A DNA stretch of 64,000 nucleotides from Candidatus Cloacimonadales bacterium (GTDB lineage Bacteria; Cloacimonadota; Cloacimonadia; Cloacimonadales; JAFGVF01). The stretch is from contig CAXXOU010000004.1 in NCBI GenBank assembly GCA_963677495.2, positions 224,001-288,000 of the forward strand, in the 5' to 3' direction. The translations under genes and the position numbers were made by a program. The notes beneath the pieces are model-generated. The model did not search any database. It was not told the origin of the DNA and saw nothing but the letters and a program-made list of their open reading frames with translations. This document shows, one piece after another, positions 9,621 to 19,702 of the stretch. Each line of letters opens with the position of its first letter. Within the stretch, counting starts at the first letter, position 1.

Positions 9621-10103
9621 CTAAAGTAATTCAGTTAGTTGTCCTGTCTCAACATCAACTTTGATCAGTTCAACTCCAGCTTCTTTCATCATCTCTTCAG
9701 CAAGTTGATCATTATATGGCTCTGCGATGTATACTTTTCTAATCTCAGAATTGATAATAATCTTAGCACAGATACTACATGGTTGGTTTGTACAATAAAG
9801 CTCTGCACCTTTAATTGAGTGCCCGTTTACCGCTGCTTGAATGATAGCATTTTGCTCAGCATGGACTCCTCGACACATCTCATGTCTTTGTCCGGAAGGG
9901 ATATTCATCTGTTGTCTGAGGCAACCTGTTTCGGAGCAATGTCTTACTCCTTTAGGTGAACCATTATAACCTGTTGATAGTATCTGGTTGTTGCGGACAA
10001 TCACTGCACCAACTTTGCGTCTTGTGCAGGTTGAGCGTTCGGAAGCTAAATAAGCCATTTTCATAAAGTATTGCTGCCAATAAGGACGTTGTTCTGACAT
10101 CAT
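9621..10103 (-). CDS. dCMP/cytidine deaminase family (ComEB-like)
   Basis: STGYNG, HAEQNA, PCSIC motifs. Confidence 0.93.
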   Translation of the reverse strand: MMSEQRPYWQQYFMKMAYLASERSTCTRRKVGAVIVRNNQILSTGYNGSPKGVRHCSETGCLRQQMNIPSGQRHEMCRGVHAEQNAIIQAAVNGHSIKGAELYCTNQPCSICAKIIINSEIRKVYIAEPYNDQLAEEMMKEAGVELIKVDVETGQLTELL

Positions 10104-10181
10104 GTACCCCTTTTTCGTGATGTGATAAGCATAACATCATTTATAACTTGTCAAGTGGCAATTCAAACAAATTCTGGAATC

Positions 10182-11426
10182 ATGAATAAGATACAGAAAC
10201 CAAAACTTGATTTACATGGCACCATAGAACTTGAAGGCTCAAAGTCAATCCTGCAAAGACTGATTCTCATATCGCTTTTCTTAAAAGATGAACTAAGAGT
10301 TACTAACTGGAGTAGCTCCAATGATGTAACTGAGATGTCTAAAGCAGTTGGAGTTGAGTCCACAGAGAAAGATGTACTCCTCTCAGTTTCATGTTTACAG
10401 GATACTATACACATTGATGAGTCAGCCACAGCGTTGAGATTCTTAGTTACTTATGCATCACTCAATGAAGGAAAGAAAACATCAATCACAATGGGGAAGA
10501 GGTTAGCAAAAAGACCACATGATATCCTCTTTGATTTACTGAGAAAGCTTGGAGCTGCTATTGATGTTATAGATTGTAGAATTGATATAGTAGGTTCTAA
10601 ACCTACTTTGAAATCAATAGATGTTCCTGCTAATGTTAGCAGTCAGTACATATCTGCTTTATTACTCTGTGCTCCATTATTCGAAAACGGTCTCACATTC
10701 AAACTCATCCCTCCGATTGTATCAAAAAACTATATCGAACTTACAATTGCCTTAATGACAACTTTTGGTATCACAGTCAGTTATGAAGAGAATGTGATTA
10801 CTATCCCACCAAAGAGTAATTATAAAGATATCAATAACTTCACTTGTGAAGCAGACCTTTCCTCAGCCATATACCCCCTTTGTGTCGGACTTTTCTCAGA
10901 AAAGGGAATTGGAGTCACTCCTATCTCTAATCACACGAAACAACCCGATTTTGTCTTCTGGAAGCTACTTTCAGATGCCGGTGCTGATATAAAACTTCAT
11001 TATAGAGAAGATAGTGAGGAAGCAGTGCTCATTTCTAAACTTACAGATTATGATGGGTTTACCTTTGATGCAATGAGAGCCCCGGACCTCGTACCTGCAT
11101 TGGCTCTACTCGCTTTGTTCGCTGATACAGAGTCTATGATTACGAATGTAGATTATCTTAAGAATAAAGAATCAAATAGAGTTGTAGGCATTGTAAATAA
11201 CTTCAAACTCTTAGGTGCTGATATAGAATATAATGATAGCACTTTGACTATTCAACCTCTATCTGATAACCCAAATAGCGTAACCTTAGATACACAAAAC
11301 GACCATCGATTAGCAATGGTATTTTATATCATTACTCTTATGTTTCCACAAGTTAGCATAAATGAAAGAGATTCTATAGGGAAGTCATACCCACACTTTA
11401 TAGATGATATTGCAAATTTAAAGTAA
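10182..11426 (+). CDS. aroA: EPSP synthase
   Basis: GSKS, SATALRF, SSQYISALL, KESNR, DHRLAM; likely start 10182. Confidence 0.92.
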   Translation: MNKIQKPKLDLHGTIELEGSKSILQRLILISLFLKDELRVTNWSSSNDVTEMSKAVGVESTEKDVLLSVSCLQDTIHIDESATALRFLVTYASLNEGKKTSITMGKRLAKRPHDILFDLLRKLGAAIDVIDCRIDIVGSKPTLKSIDVPANVSSQYISALLLCAPLFENGLTFKLIPPIVSKNYIELTIALMTTFGITVSYEENVITIPPKSNYKDINNFTCEADLSSAIYPLCVGLFSEKGIGVTPISNHTKQPDFVFWKLLSDAGADIKLHYREDSEEAVLISKLTDYDGFTFDAMRAPDLVPALALLALFADTESMITNVDYLKNKESNRVVGIVNNFKLLGADIEYNDSTLTIQPLSDNPNSVTLDTQNDHRLAMVFYIITLMFPQVSINERDSIGKSYPHFIDDIANLK

Positions 11427-11430
11427 TTAG

Positions 11431-11463
11431 AAAAAGGCAACTCAAAATTGAGTTGCCTTTTCA
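11431..11463. terminator. Bidirectional terminator
   Basis: aaaaaggcaactc / gagttgcctttt. Confidence 0.85.
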
Positions 11464-11479
11464 AATTAAATAGTTTCGA

Positions 11480-12424
11480 TTACAAAGTAATAATTGTACC
11501 TGTCTTACCTTCTAAAGCTTCGGTAAGGTACTCATGAGAAGTGATGATAACTCTTTTACCACCTTTCTCAAGGTAATCAACTGCTGCTAAAATCTTTGGT
11601 CCCATACTACCTTTTGGGAAGTGACCTTCAGCGTGATAGCGTTTTGCATCTTCAGTGTTAAGAGTAGATAGCTCTTCCATCTCAGGCTTACCCCAATTGA
11701 TAGCAACTTTCTCAACACCGGTAAGGATGATAAGTGTATCAGCTTCGATCTGGTTCGCAAGAAGAGCAGAAGCAAAGTCTTTATCGATAACTGCATCCAC
11801 ACCTTCAAGGGTTTGGTTGTTTTCAACATATACAGGAATACCACCACCGCCACAAGAGATAACGATAGTACCGTTTTCCATGAGAGCTTGAATTGCTTTA
11901 GCAGGAATAATATCTTTTGGTTTTGGTGAAGGAACAACCTGACGCCATCCACGGCCTGCATCTTCAGTCATTGACCAGCCATATGCTTCTTGAAGATCTT
12001 TTGCTTGTTCTTCAGTATAGAAAGGACCTACCGGCTTAGATGGATTGCTCATACTTGGATCGTTCTTATCCACAACAATCTGTGTAAGGATTACTGCAAC
12101 CTCAGGTTCAAGACCTGCATTCTTAAGAATATTCTGTAAGCTTTGGTCAATCATATAACCCATTGTACCTTCGGTAGCAGCATTAAGAACGCCTAAAGGA
12201 AGTGGTGCAACACCACGGTCGATACCTGCGTTTTGTTGAATAAGCATGTTGCCAACTTGAGGTCCATTACCATGAGAGATAGCAATCTGGTAACCCTCTT
12301 TAATAAGTTTAGCGATACCATTAAGACTTTCACGAGTATTAGCGAACTGCTCTGTGATAGTTCCTTTTTGTCCGGCTTGGATAATAGCGTTTCCGCCGAG
12401 AGCCAAAACGATTTTCTTATTCAT
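11480..12424 (-). CDS. arcC: Carbamate kinase
   Basis: ALGGNA, HGNGPQVG, AVIDKD, GSMGPK. Confidence 0.97.
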   Translation of the reverse strand: MNKKIVLALGGNAIIQAGQKGTITEQFANTRESLNGIAKLIKEGYQIAISHGNGPQVGNMLIQQNAGIDRGVAPLPLGVLNAATEGTMGYMIDQSLQNILKNAGLEPEVAVILTQIVVDKNDPSMSNPSKPVGPFYTEEQAKDLQEAYGWSMTEDAGRGWRQVVPSPKPKDIIPAKAIQALMENGTIVISCGGGGIPVYVENNQTLEGVDAVIDKDFASALLANQIEADTLIILTGVEKVAINWGKPEMEELSTLNTEDAKRYHAEGHFPKGSMGPKILAAVDYLEKGGKRVIITSHEYLTEALEGKTGTIITL

Positions 12425-12514
12425 ATTATTCTCCTGATACTTTTATTTCTGAAAAGCAAAGTAGGAGACGGTTAAATCTCCTACTTTTAAATATCTATAA
12501 GCTCTACTTATCTG

Positions 12515-13834
12515 TTAGTAGCCTCTTTCTTTGAGTAACTCAGCAAGAGTTGGTTTTCCAATCTCCTGAAGATCATAACTAACACGAGTAGATGGCTGAT
12601 CGATTTTCACAATTCTTCTCAGATCGATTGGAGTACCGATTACAACTGCATCGCACTCAGTCTTTCTGATTGTTTCTTCGAGATCTTTAATCTGCTGTTC
12701 ACCATATCCCATTGCTGGAAGAAGAACACCAACTTCAGGATATTTCTCAAATGTTTCCTGAATCTCACCAACAGCCCAAGGGCGAGGATCAACGAGGTCT
12801 GCAGCACCGCATTTCTCAGCAGCTACAACACCTGCACCATAAGCCATTTCGCCATGTGTGAGAGTTGGACCATCTTCTACAACAAGCACATTCTTGCCAA
12901 GTAATAATTCAGGATCTTCTACTGTAAGAGGAGAAGCAGCTTCTACAATCTTAGCTGTAGGGTTGATAGCACGGCAGTTTTCGCGTACTTCCTGAATATC
13001 ATCAAGGTCAGCTGAGTCGATTTTATTGATAACAATAATATCAGCTAAACGAACGTTTGTTTCGCCAGGATAGTAACTGATTTCATGACCAGGTCTATGT
13101 GGGTCAACAACAACAATGTTAACTTCTTGATCTGAAGTATAGAATGGTGTGTCATTATTACCACCGTCCCAGATGATTACATCAGCTTCTTTCTCAGCTT
13201 CACGCACGATTGCTTCATAGTCAACACCGGCATAAATGATGCTTCCCATTGCAATGTGTGGTTCATACTCTTCCATCTCTTCGATAGTACATTTGTGCTT
13301 TGCAAGGTCTTCAATTACTTCAAAGCGTTGAACTTTCTGAGCTACAAGGTCACCATAAGGCATTGGATGACGGATAGAAACAACCTTTTTACCTACGCTC
13401 TTAAGATAGCGAACAACGGCTCTAGTTGTCTGACTCTTTCCGCAACCTGTTCTAGCTGCACAAATAGTGATAAGTGGTTTAGTTGTTTTAACGCGACCAT
13501 GTTTTTCACCCATAAGCATGAAGTCAGCACCGGCTGCATTAACCATAGCAGCATTATGCATAACTCTTTCGTAAGGGAGATCACTATATGCAAGTACAAC
13601 GATATCTATATCATGTTCCTTAATAAGTTCTGGAACTTTTGCTTCAGGCAGAATTGGAATACCATTCGGATAAAGTTTTCCCGCTAAAGCAGCAGGATAT
13701 TTTTTGTCATCTATGCCCGGAATCTGAGTTGCAGTGAATGCGATTACATTATACTCCTCATTATCTCTAAAGTAATTGTTGAAATTGTGGAAATCTCTTC
13801 CCGCAGCGCCCATAATGATAACTTTCTTTTTCAT
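12515..13834 (-). CDS. arcE: COG2403 / cyclic 2,3-diphosphoglycerate synthetase-like protein; probable arginine synthetase
   Basis: GAAGRDFHNFN, RTGCGKSQT P-loop, RHPMPYG, WDGGNND, EDGPTLTHG; directly upstream of arcC. Confidence 0.75.
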   Translation of the reverse strand: MKKKVIIMGAAGRDFHNFNNYFRDNEEYNVIAFTATQIPGIDDKKYPAALAGKLYPNGIPILPEAKVPELIKEHDIDIVVLAYSDLPYERVMHNAAMVNAAGADFMLMGEKHGRVKTTKPLITICAARTGCGKSQTTRAVVRYLKSVGKKVVSIRHPMPYGDLVAQKVQRFEVIEDLAKHKCTIEEMEEYEPHIAMGSIIYAGVDYEAIVREAEKEADVIIWDGGNNDTPFYTSDQEVNIVVVDPHRPGHEISYYPGETNVRLADIIVINKIDSADLDDIQEVRENCRAINPTAKIVEAASPLTVEDPELLLGKNVLVVEDGPTLTHGEMAYGAGVVAAEKCGAADLVDPRPWAVGEIQETFEKYPEVGVLLPAMGYGEQQIKDLEETIRKTECDAVVIGTPIDLRRIVKIDQPSTRVSYDLQEIGKPTLAELLKERGY

Positions 13835-14207
13835 GGAAACTCCTTTCTAAATGGATTTCCACCAAAAGTGGGGTTCAAAGATAATCAGTCAAGAAAAATT
13901 TAGGTTATTTCTTGGCAATATCTTTTTTGACTTTTTTTGGGGTCTCCTATCAGGCTCTTTATAGCTTATAATGCAAGAGTAGCCTAATTGATTGGGATTG
14001 AAATATGTACGTGATTTATGCTTAAGTGAGTATGCTACAGGATAGATGCAATAAAGGTATGTATTGGACCAATTAAATCAGCTCATCTTTTACCCAAAAC
14101 AAACTCATTAGCAATTTTTTTTATCAACTTCTCTTCAACTATTTAATCAAAAGACATCTTTCAACCTGTTCTTTATATAACATCAATCTCTCACTGCTCC
14201 CTCTATG

Positions 14208-14339
14208 CTCAGCATTAATTCCTGTGAGACACTTGGGTAACCCTTGGGAAACACTTGGGTAATCCTTGGGTTAATTACCAAGGGATAACCAATTTATTAT
14301 TAAGTTAGAATTGATTAGCAAGCAGTTGTTAATGCTGAG
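14208..14339. repeat. IR-bounded element with 11-bp CTTGGG array
   Basis: ctcagcattaa / ttaatgctgag; four 11-bp units at 14231-14274, then inverted CCAAG. Confidence 0.7.
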
Positions 14340-14487
14340 GGAAGAGAGAGGGATAAGGGATAATTTGAGGTGCAAGCCCTTTAGTGTTTTTGATACCAGC
14401 CCTTTGGAAATATAACAAAGACATGTAGCCCTATAGGGGCGAAAGACAACCAACAACAATTATCGTAACATTCCATCTAAAATCATC

Positions 14488-14625
14488 TTACCCCCATTCA
14501 ATAAAGATATGACAAAGATTATATATTTATCCACAACTTGTGACTAACTTACTGCTTTGAGTAAGTGAGTAGTAAGAGAGTAGTAAGTGTGAAGTAAGAG
14601 AGAAGTAAGAATTGAATGGGGGTAA
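14488..14625. repeat. MITE-like element with perfect 15-bp inverted repeats and an 11-bp AGTAAG array
   Basis: ttacccccattcaat (14488-14502) / attgaatgggggtaa (14611-14625); units at 14560-14610. Confidence 0.75.
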
Positions 14626-14859
14626 TCGTAGGAACATAAAATGCTATTTCTCCCGATTTTCCAATGACCAACAAAAGCATAATGTTTATATCCATCCCTT
14701 ATCCAACTTATAAGATTCCTATATGTTTATATAGGTTTCATATAAGAGACATATAGGGAACTTTTAGGGATTATGTGTCCGTTGCTCCTGTGCCTGACGG
14801 GAGATTGGAGGAATAAAATCATTTAAAATTGTGTTGGGATTATATGATGAAGATGTTCG

Positions 14860-15060
14860 TTAGGGTGACCCCTTTAGGATCAGGTTTGTTTTTATTCCCG
14901 TCCATAAGCTAAAGCCTATGGCTATTATTGGGTTATCCTTGTAGGATAAATGGGCTGCAATGCCCTTAGATAGAACCCTAATTGGGTTCACCAATGTTAG
15001 CCACAGGTTTCAACCTGTGGAATATGATAAAACAATAATTCAATCCTAAATGGATTGCCC
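14860..15060. repeat. REP-like palindrome cluster
   Basis: Hairpins such as ccacaggtttcaacctgtgg, gaaccctaattgggttc, ccataagctaaagcctatgg. Confidence 0.7.
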
Positions 15061-15198
15061 ATTTATCCCTTGCTGATGAAAATCAATAGTGTCATTAAGG
15101 TATAATACAATTTCTTTCTTGCCATCTCGAAACCATATCTTAATATTTGCCTTAACAGATAATAATACTCAATGCAGGAGATTTAAGGGTGTTTATTT

Positions 15199-17211
15199 AT
15201 GAGACTTAAAAGATTAGATTTGAATGAAAATGATGTAGAGGATTTTGGATTAAGTACGATCAGAAGTAAAGAACTAGGACATGTGATTGCATTAGTAGGT
15301 GAAAATGGTGCTGGAAAATCTAGATATTTGAATGCTATCGAAAAACAAATTAAAAATATAAAAACTCCTATATCTTTGATTGATAAACTGTTTAAGCTTA
15401 ATAGGAGTTATGCTAGAGATGCTGATAACTACCAAAAAGCAATCAATACAATAGGTAGAGAAGAAATGGAAATTAGGCTTTCATATTTACGTTCTGAAGA
15501 ATATGAACACAATATAAATCATCAATCAGAAATTGATGAGATTGAGAGAATTCTGGCAGACAATTATGATTTGCCAACTTTTAGCAATACAGAAGAAGCT
15601 GAAACTTTCGAATCTAATACTAAGCAAGTAGTAGTTGACTTTGTTAAAAAGAGATTAGTTGTTATTAAGCATGAGGATATTGTCAATCTACATCAGCAAA
15701 TGAAAAACCCAAAAGTAGGACTTAACGATATTTTAGACAAAGCCAATATTAAAAAGGATTTCAATAAGTTGTTTGAGTCTGTTCTAGAAGATGGATTGAC
15801 ATTTTTTCAAGGCTTAGGCAATGACCTTGCAATGCATCAAATTTTGGAGAGAGAAGACCCCAGAAAAAGTGAGTTCAAAAAGAAAGAAGCTCAATGTGAT
15901 AAACTAATTGGACTGACTAGAGAATTTTTGGATAAGGATTTATCATGGGAGAGAGAAACTTTGAATCATGAACCTAGTCATGAGGGATACAAGCTTTCTG
16001 TAAAAGGTGCATGGTGTTTGAACGGTTACAAGTTCAACTATACTGATTTATCAGAAGGAGAGAGAGTATTGTTTTGTATAGTTTTAATACTTTTCCTATG
16101 TAGCTCAAACTCGGAAGCATCTGCATCTGAATCTATTATATTTTTTGATGAGCCAGAATTGAATTTACATCCTAAAATAGCTATGCGCTTGATAAACAAG
16201 CTTTCTGAACTAATTCAAAATGAAGGACAGTTAATCATAGCAACCCATTCTTTACCAATTATTGCGAATTTGGATTATCGATCAATCTTCATGGTTGATG
16301 ACAACAAAATATACAACCCATGTGCACCCAATATTCCAAAAACTATTAATAAATTGATGGGATTTGAAAATGAAATCATCAGACTTACAGAGTTTCTAAA
16401 GTCACCTGCGGCATGGGCAATGAACAGCTTTCTTGTTGAGTGTTTAACACACCCAAATGAGATAAAAGATATTAAAAAAAACGATCCTGAACTACTTGCA
16501 TTGATTCAAACAATAAACAAAGAATCGGTTAAGATATTGGATTTTGGGGCAGGACAAGGTAGAATGCTTATCGGGTTAAAAGAGCATGAAGAATTTTGGA
16601 AGAAAGTAAAATATGATTGTTATGATCATGAGGGAGAAAATGAGGAATTACTTAAATCTTTGGGAGCAAAAAATGTTATCAATAAACAACATGATCTACC
16701 AGAGAGGAATTATGATATAGTTTCTTTAATAAATGTATTACATGAAGTAGATGTGCTTGAGTGGGGTTGCCTTCTTACTAAGATAAAAAATTGTTTAAAG
16801 GATGATGGACATTTAGTCTTAATTGAAGACTCAATGATCCCTATAGGAGAGTTACCTTGTGATAATGGTTATATTATTCTTTCTGAAATTGAGCTGAAGA
16901 CACTCCTTGGTAAAAAGGCAACAAGAGTTTCTCTAAAGGATACAGTAAAGAGTGATTACGATGATAGGATTGTATGTGTATCGATTTCAAAAGCGTCAAT
17001 GAACAGTTTTGATTCAGAAATAGTGCGAGAAACTTTGCTTGAGTTAAAGAAGAACACTTTCAGAGAAGTAAAAGAATTTTACTCGAAGGAAGATGAGAAA
17101 CCATTGAACAAAGAATCTGTTAGGGATGGTCGTAATTTTGCTAGAAAAGCTATACTACATACTAATAGTATTATCGCATTAGAAAAGCTAACGAAAGCAA
17201 TGAAAATATGA
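15199..17211 (+). CDS. ABC/AAA_21-type ATPase fused to a C-terminal class I SAM-dependent methyltransferase
   Basis: GENGAGKS Walker A, LSEGE signature, FFDEPELNLHP Walker B, IATHS; ILDFGAGQGR and YDIVSLINVLHE MTase motifs. Confidence 0.85.
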   Translation: MRLKRLDLNENDVEDFGLSTIRSKELGHVIALVGENGAGKSRYLNAIEKQIKNIKTPISLIDKLFKLNRSYARDADNYQKAINTIGREEMEIRLSYLRSEEYEHNINHQSEIDEIERILADNYDLPTFSNTEEAETFESNTKQVVVDFVKKRLVVIKHEDIVNLHQQMKNPKVGLNDILDKANIKKDFNKLFESVLEDGLTFFQGLGNDLAMHQILEREDPRKSEFKKKEAQCDKLIGLTREFLDKDLSWERETLNHEPSHEGYKLSVKGAWCLNGYKFNYTDLSEGERVLFCIVLILFLCSSNSEASASESIIFFDEPELNLHPKIAMRLINKLSELIQNEGQLIIATHSLPIIANLDYRSIFMVDDNKIYNPCAPNIPKTINKLMGFENEIIRLTEFLKSPAAWAMNSFLVECLTHPNEIKDIKKNDPELLALIQTINKESVKILDFGAGQGRMLIGLKEHEEFWKKVKYDCYDHEGENEELLKSLGAKNVINKQHDLPERNYDIVSLINVLHEVDVLEWGCLLTKIKNCLKDDGHLVLIEDSMIPIGELPCDNGYIILSEIELKTLLGKKATRVSLKDTVKSDYDDRIVCVSISKASMNSFDSEIVRETLLELKKNTFREVKEFYSKEDEKPLNKESVRDGRNFARKAILHTNSIIALEKLTKAMKI

Positions 17212-17235
17212 TGCAAAAACATGTAGGAGTATAGA

Positions 17236-17979
17236 ATGATTAGAGAAGGATTTATAATAATGATGGATATACTTGGATACAAAGATTTTGTTACAAAGAA
17301 GTTCGATTATAATGATTTCTTTGATGTATGGAGAGATTTAAAATATACTATCGAATCAAGTCAAGAAACCATTAAAAAGAGAATCCCTAGCTTTGATATT
17401 TACATTACTGGTTTCTCGGATACTTACTTTATCTGCATCTCTTTTCAAGATAGGTTTGTTAAAGAAAATACTGACGATATAGAGTATTGTTTTCTATTTA
17501 TAAACCATTTTCTGCCTGAGTTATTGCATAAATCGCTGTTAAGTAAAATCTACCTTAGAGGTGCAATAAGTTTTGGTGAATATGCTATTGATACAGAAAA
17601 TAATATAATAATAGGTGAAGCCTTAAATGATGCTGCAGAATGGTGTGAATCTACCAATTGGATGGGAATAATCTTATCCCCAAGTGCTGCGATTCAATTA
17701 GAAAAAGTGATGAAGCGTCCTGATGGTGATGGAGAATCATTGCATAGAAAGGCATTAATACTTAGTATGTATGCAACCTACCCAATCCCATACAAAAATA
17801 ACAATTACGGAAGTAAGTATGCGTTTAACCTTTTAGCTCCTTTTCCATTTACAAGTGCTAGTTTCTTTCTAAAAGAGCTAAGGAAAAAGTTTAGTGAAAC
17901 AGTTAACTCTCATAGTGAAGATAAATATAAGAACACGATGAAGTTTCTTGAGTTTTGTCTAGAAAAGATAGAGAAGTGA
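17236..17979 (+). CDS. Class III nucleotidyl-cyclase-like protein
   Basis: MDILGYK, FSDTYF, LRGAISFGE, IGEALNDA pattern; RBS aggag. Confidence 0.6.
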   Translation: MIREGFIIMMDILGYKDFVTKKFDYNDFFDVWRDLKYTIESSQETIKKRIPSFDIYITGFSDTYFICISFQDRFVKENTDDIEYCFLFINHFLPELLHKSLLSKIYLRGAISFGEYAIDTENNIIIGEALNDAAEWCESTNWMGIILSPSAAIQLEKVMKRPDGDGESLHRKALILSMYATYPIPYKNNNYGSKYAFNLLAPFPFTSASFFLKELRKKFSETVNSHSEDKYKNTMKFLEFCLEKIEK

Positions 17980-18024
17980 GACAATTAGGAATTGGGCATG
18001 GTCTAAACTATATCCTTAATAAAT

Positions 18025-18285
18025 TGTGCGACCCATATAGGGTCGAAATCACTTTTTTGGGAACAGAGACCATGGGCTTACGCCACATGGCTATTCACAT
18101 TCTGTCCTTATCGGACAGGGAGAAGAGCTAATAGCTTGTAGCCTATAGCCTATAGCTTACAGTTAATAGTTAGTGTTGTTCGTTAGGGTCGCAATTCCCC
18201 GAACTCCCTTTGGTCGTAATGGTGACCGCTACTGTTTATTCAATTCTCGAAGATGCGGACAGGATGTCCGCGGTCCCAGTTAGAC
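18025..18285. repeat. REP-like palindromes and heptamer tandem repeats
   Basis: cgacccatatagggtcg, ccatgggcttacgccacatgg, gcggacaggatgtccgc, (tagcyta)n. Confidence 0.7.
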
Positions 18286-18350
18286 AATTTATTTGACTTT
18301 TTATGCTAGTTATGTTATATATGGATTGTATGAATAAAAGGAAGTGAATT

Positions 18351-19655
18351 ATGCAAAATCCTACAAAGACAATACTGAAAAAGCGTGATGGAGGGCAGTT
18401 AACTGCCTCAGAGATAAAGCATTTTATTGAATCATATTTAAAGGGAGTGGTTCCTGAGTACCAGATGTCAGCGATGCTGATGGCAATATATATGAAAGGA
18501 ATGGTTCCGGAAGAGATAGCAACACTTACAGATGTATACATAAAATCCGGTGATTTCATTGAATTCCCTAATGACATTATTACAGTTGATAAACACTCAA
18601 CCGGTGGAGTAGGTGATAAGATATCTTTGATGTTAGCACCGCTTGTAGCTTCTTTTGGAGTTCATGTTCCTATGATATCAGGCCGTGGCTTAGGTCATAC
18701 CGGTGGTACTTTAGATAAGTTAGATTCTATCCCCGGTTTCAAAACCAATATAGAAACAGAAGAGTTTAAGCGCATTGTGACTGAAGTTGGTTTGTCTATT
18801 ATAGGTCAGACTGAAAGACTTGTTCCTGCTGATAAGAGAATTTATGCCCTCAGAGATGTGACTGCTACTGTAGAAAGCTTACCACTTATCACAGCCAGTA
18901 TTATGAGTAAGAAGATAGCAGAAGGAGCAAAGAACCTTGTTGTTGACCTTAAAGTTGGTGAAGGTGCTTTCATGGACTCTATGGAAAAGGCTGAACAGCT
19001 AGCTGAACTTCTCATAAACACAGGTGAACAATTCGGACAGAAGGTTACAGTTGTCTTTACTAATATGAATGCTCCACTTGGTTTCTATGTCGGTAACTCA
19101 TTGGAAGTAATCGAGACTTTCGAATATCTCAAAGGTAAACATATACCTGATGTAGACCTTATAACAAGAACTCTCGCTACTGAGATGCTGATAATGACCG
19201 GTAAATACACTGACTGGAACAAAGCTTTCAATGAAACAGGTGTTAAGATTGCTGATGGTACAGCTCTTAAATATTGGGAGAAGATGCTGGAAGTACAGGG
19301 GGCTGATATGAGAGTTTGCAATGACTACAGTCTCTTCCCAAAAGCTAAATATGAAATCCCAATCGTATCACACAAATCAGGTAGAATCAAACGCATTGAT
19401 AGTAGAGCTATCGGATATGCACTTATAGATGTTAAAGCCGGACGCAGAAAGATAACAGATGAACTTGATTTTAGCTCAGGTGCTCTCCTAACTCATAAGA
19501 TTGGCAATGGTGTCTTTGAGAATGAAGACTTAGGCGTTGTATATTGCAACAACAAAGCAGACGGTGAGAAAGTTGCCAAGTTCATTGCCCAGTGTTATGA
19601 GATAGTACCTGATGAGGTAGAAAAGCAGGATGTGATATTGGGGATTTGGAGATAG
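18351..19655 (+). CDS. pdp: Pyrimidine-nucleoside / thymidine phosphorylase
   Basis: DKHSTGGVGDK, SGRGLGHTGGTLDKL, SIMSKK. Confidence 0.95.
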   Translation: MQNPTKTILKKRDGGQLTASEIKHFIESYLKGVVPEYQMSAMLMAIYMKGMVPEEIATLTDVYIKSGDFIEFPNDIITVDKHSTGGVGDKISLMLAPLVASFGVHVPMISGRGLGHTGGTLDKLDSIPGFKTNIETEEFKRIVTEVGLSIIGQTERLVPADKRIYALRDVTATVESLPLITASIMSKKIAEGAKNLVVDLKVGEGAFMDSMEKAEQLAELLINTGEQFGQKVTVVFTNMNAPLGFYVGNSLEVIETFEYLKGKHIPDVDLITRTLATEMLIMTGKYTDWNKAFNETGVKIADGTALKYWEKMLEVQGADMRVCNDYSLFPKAKYEIPIVSHKSGRIKRIDSRAIGYALIDVKAGRRKITDELDFSSGALLTHKIGNGVFENEDLGVVYCNNKADGEKVAKFIAQCYEIVPDEVEKQDVILGIWR

Positions 19656-19702
19656 GTTTTAGTCAATAGCCACGTTTCGTAGAACGTTTCTCCGGAACGT
19701 TT

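Noticed and set aside
14527..14535. oriC suggested by TTATCCACA
   Set aside because: Isolated box with no cluster and no dnaA or other origin-linked genes
14854..18189. Integron cassette with attC sites
   Set aside because: gttaggg does not fit GTTRRRY, no paired RYYYAAC was found and there is no integron integrase
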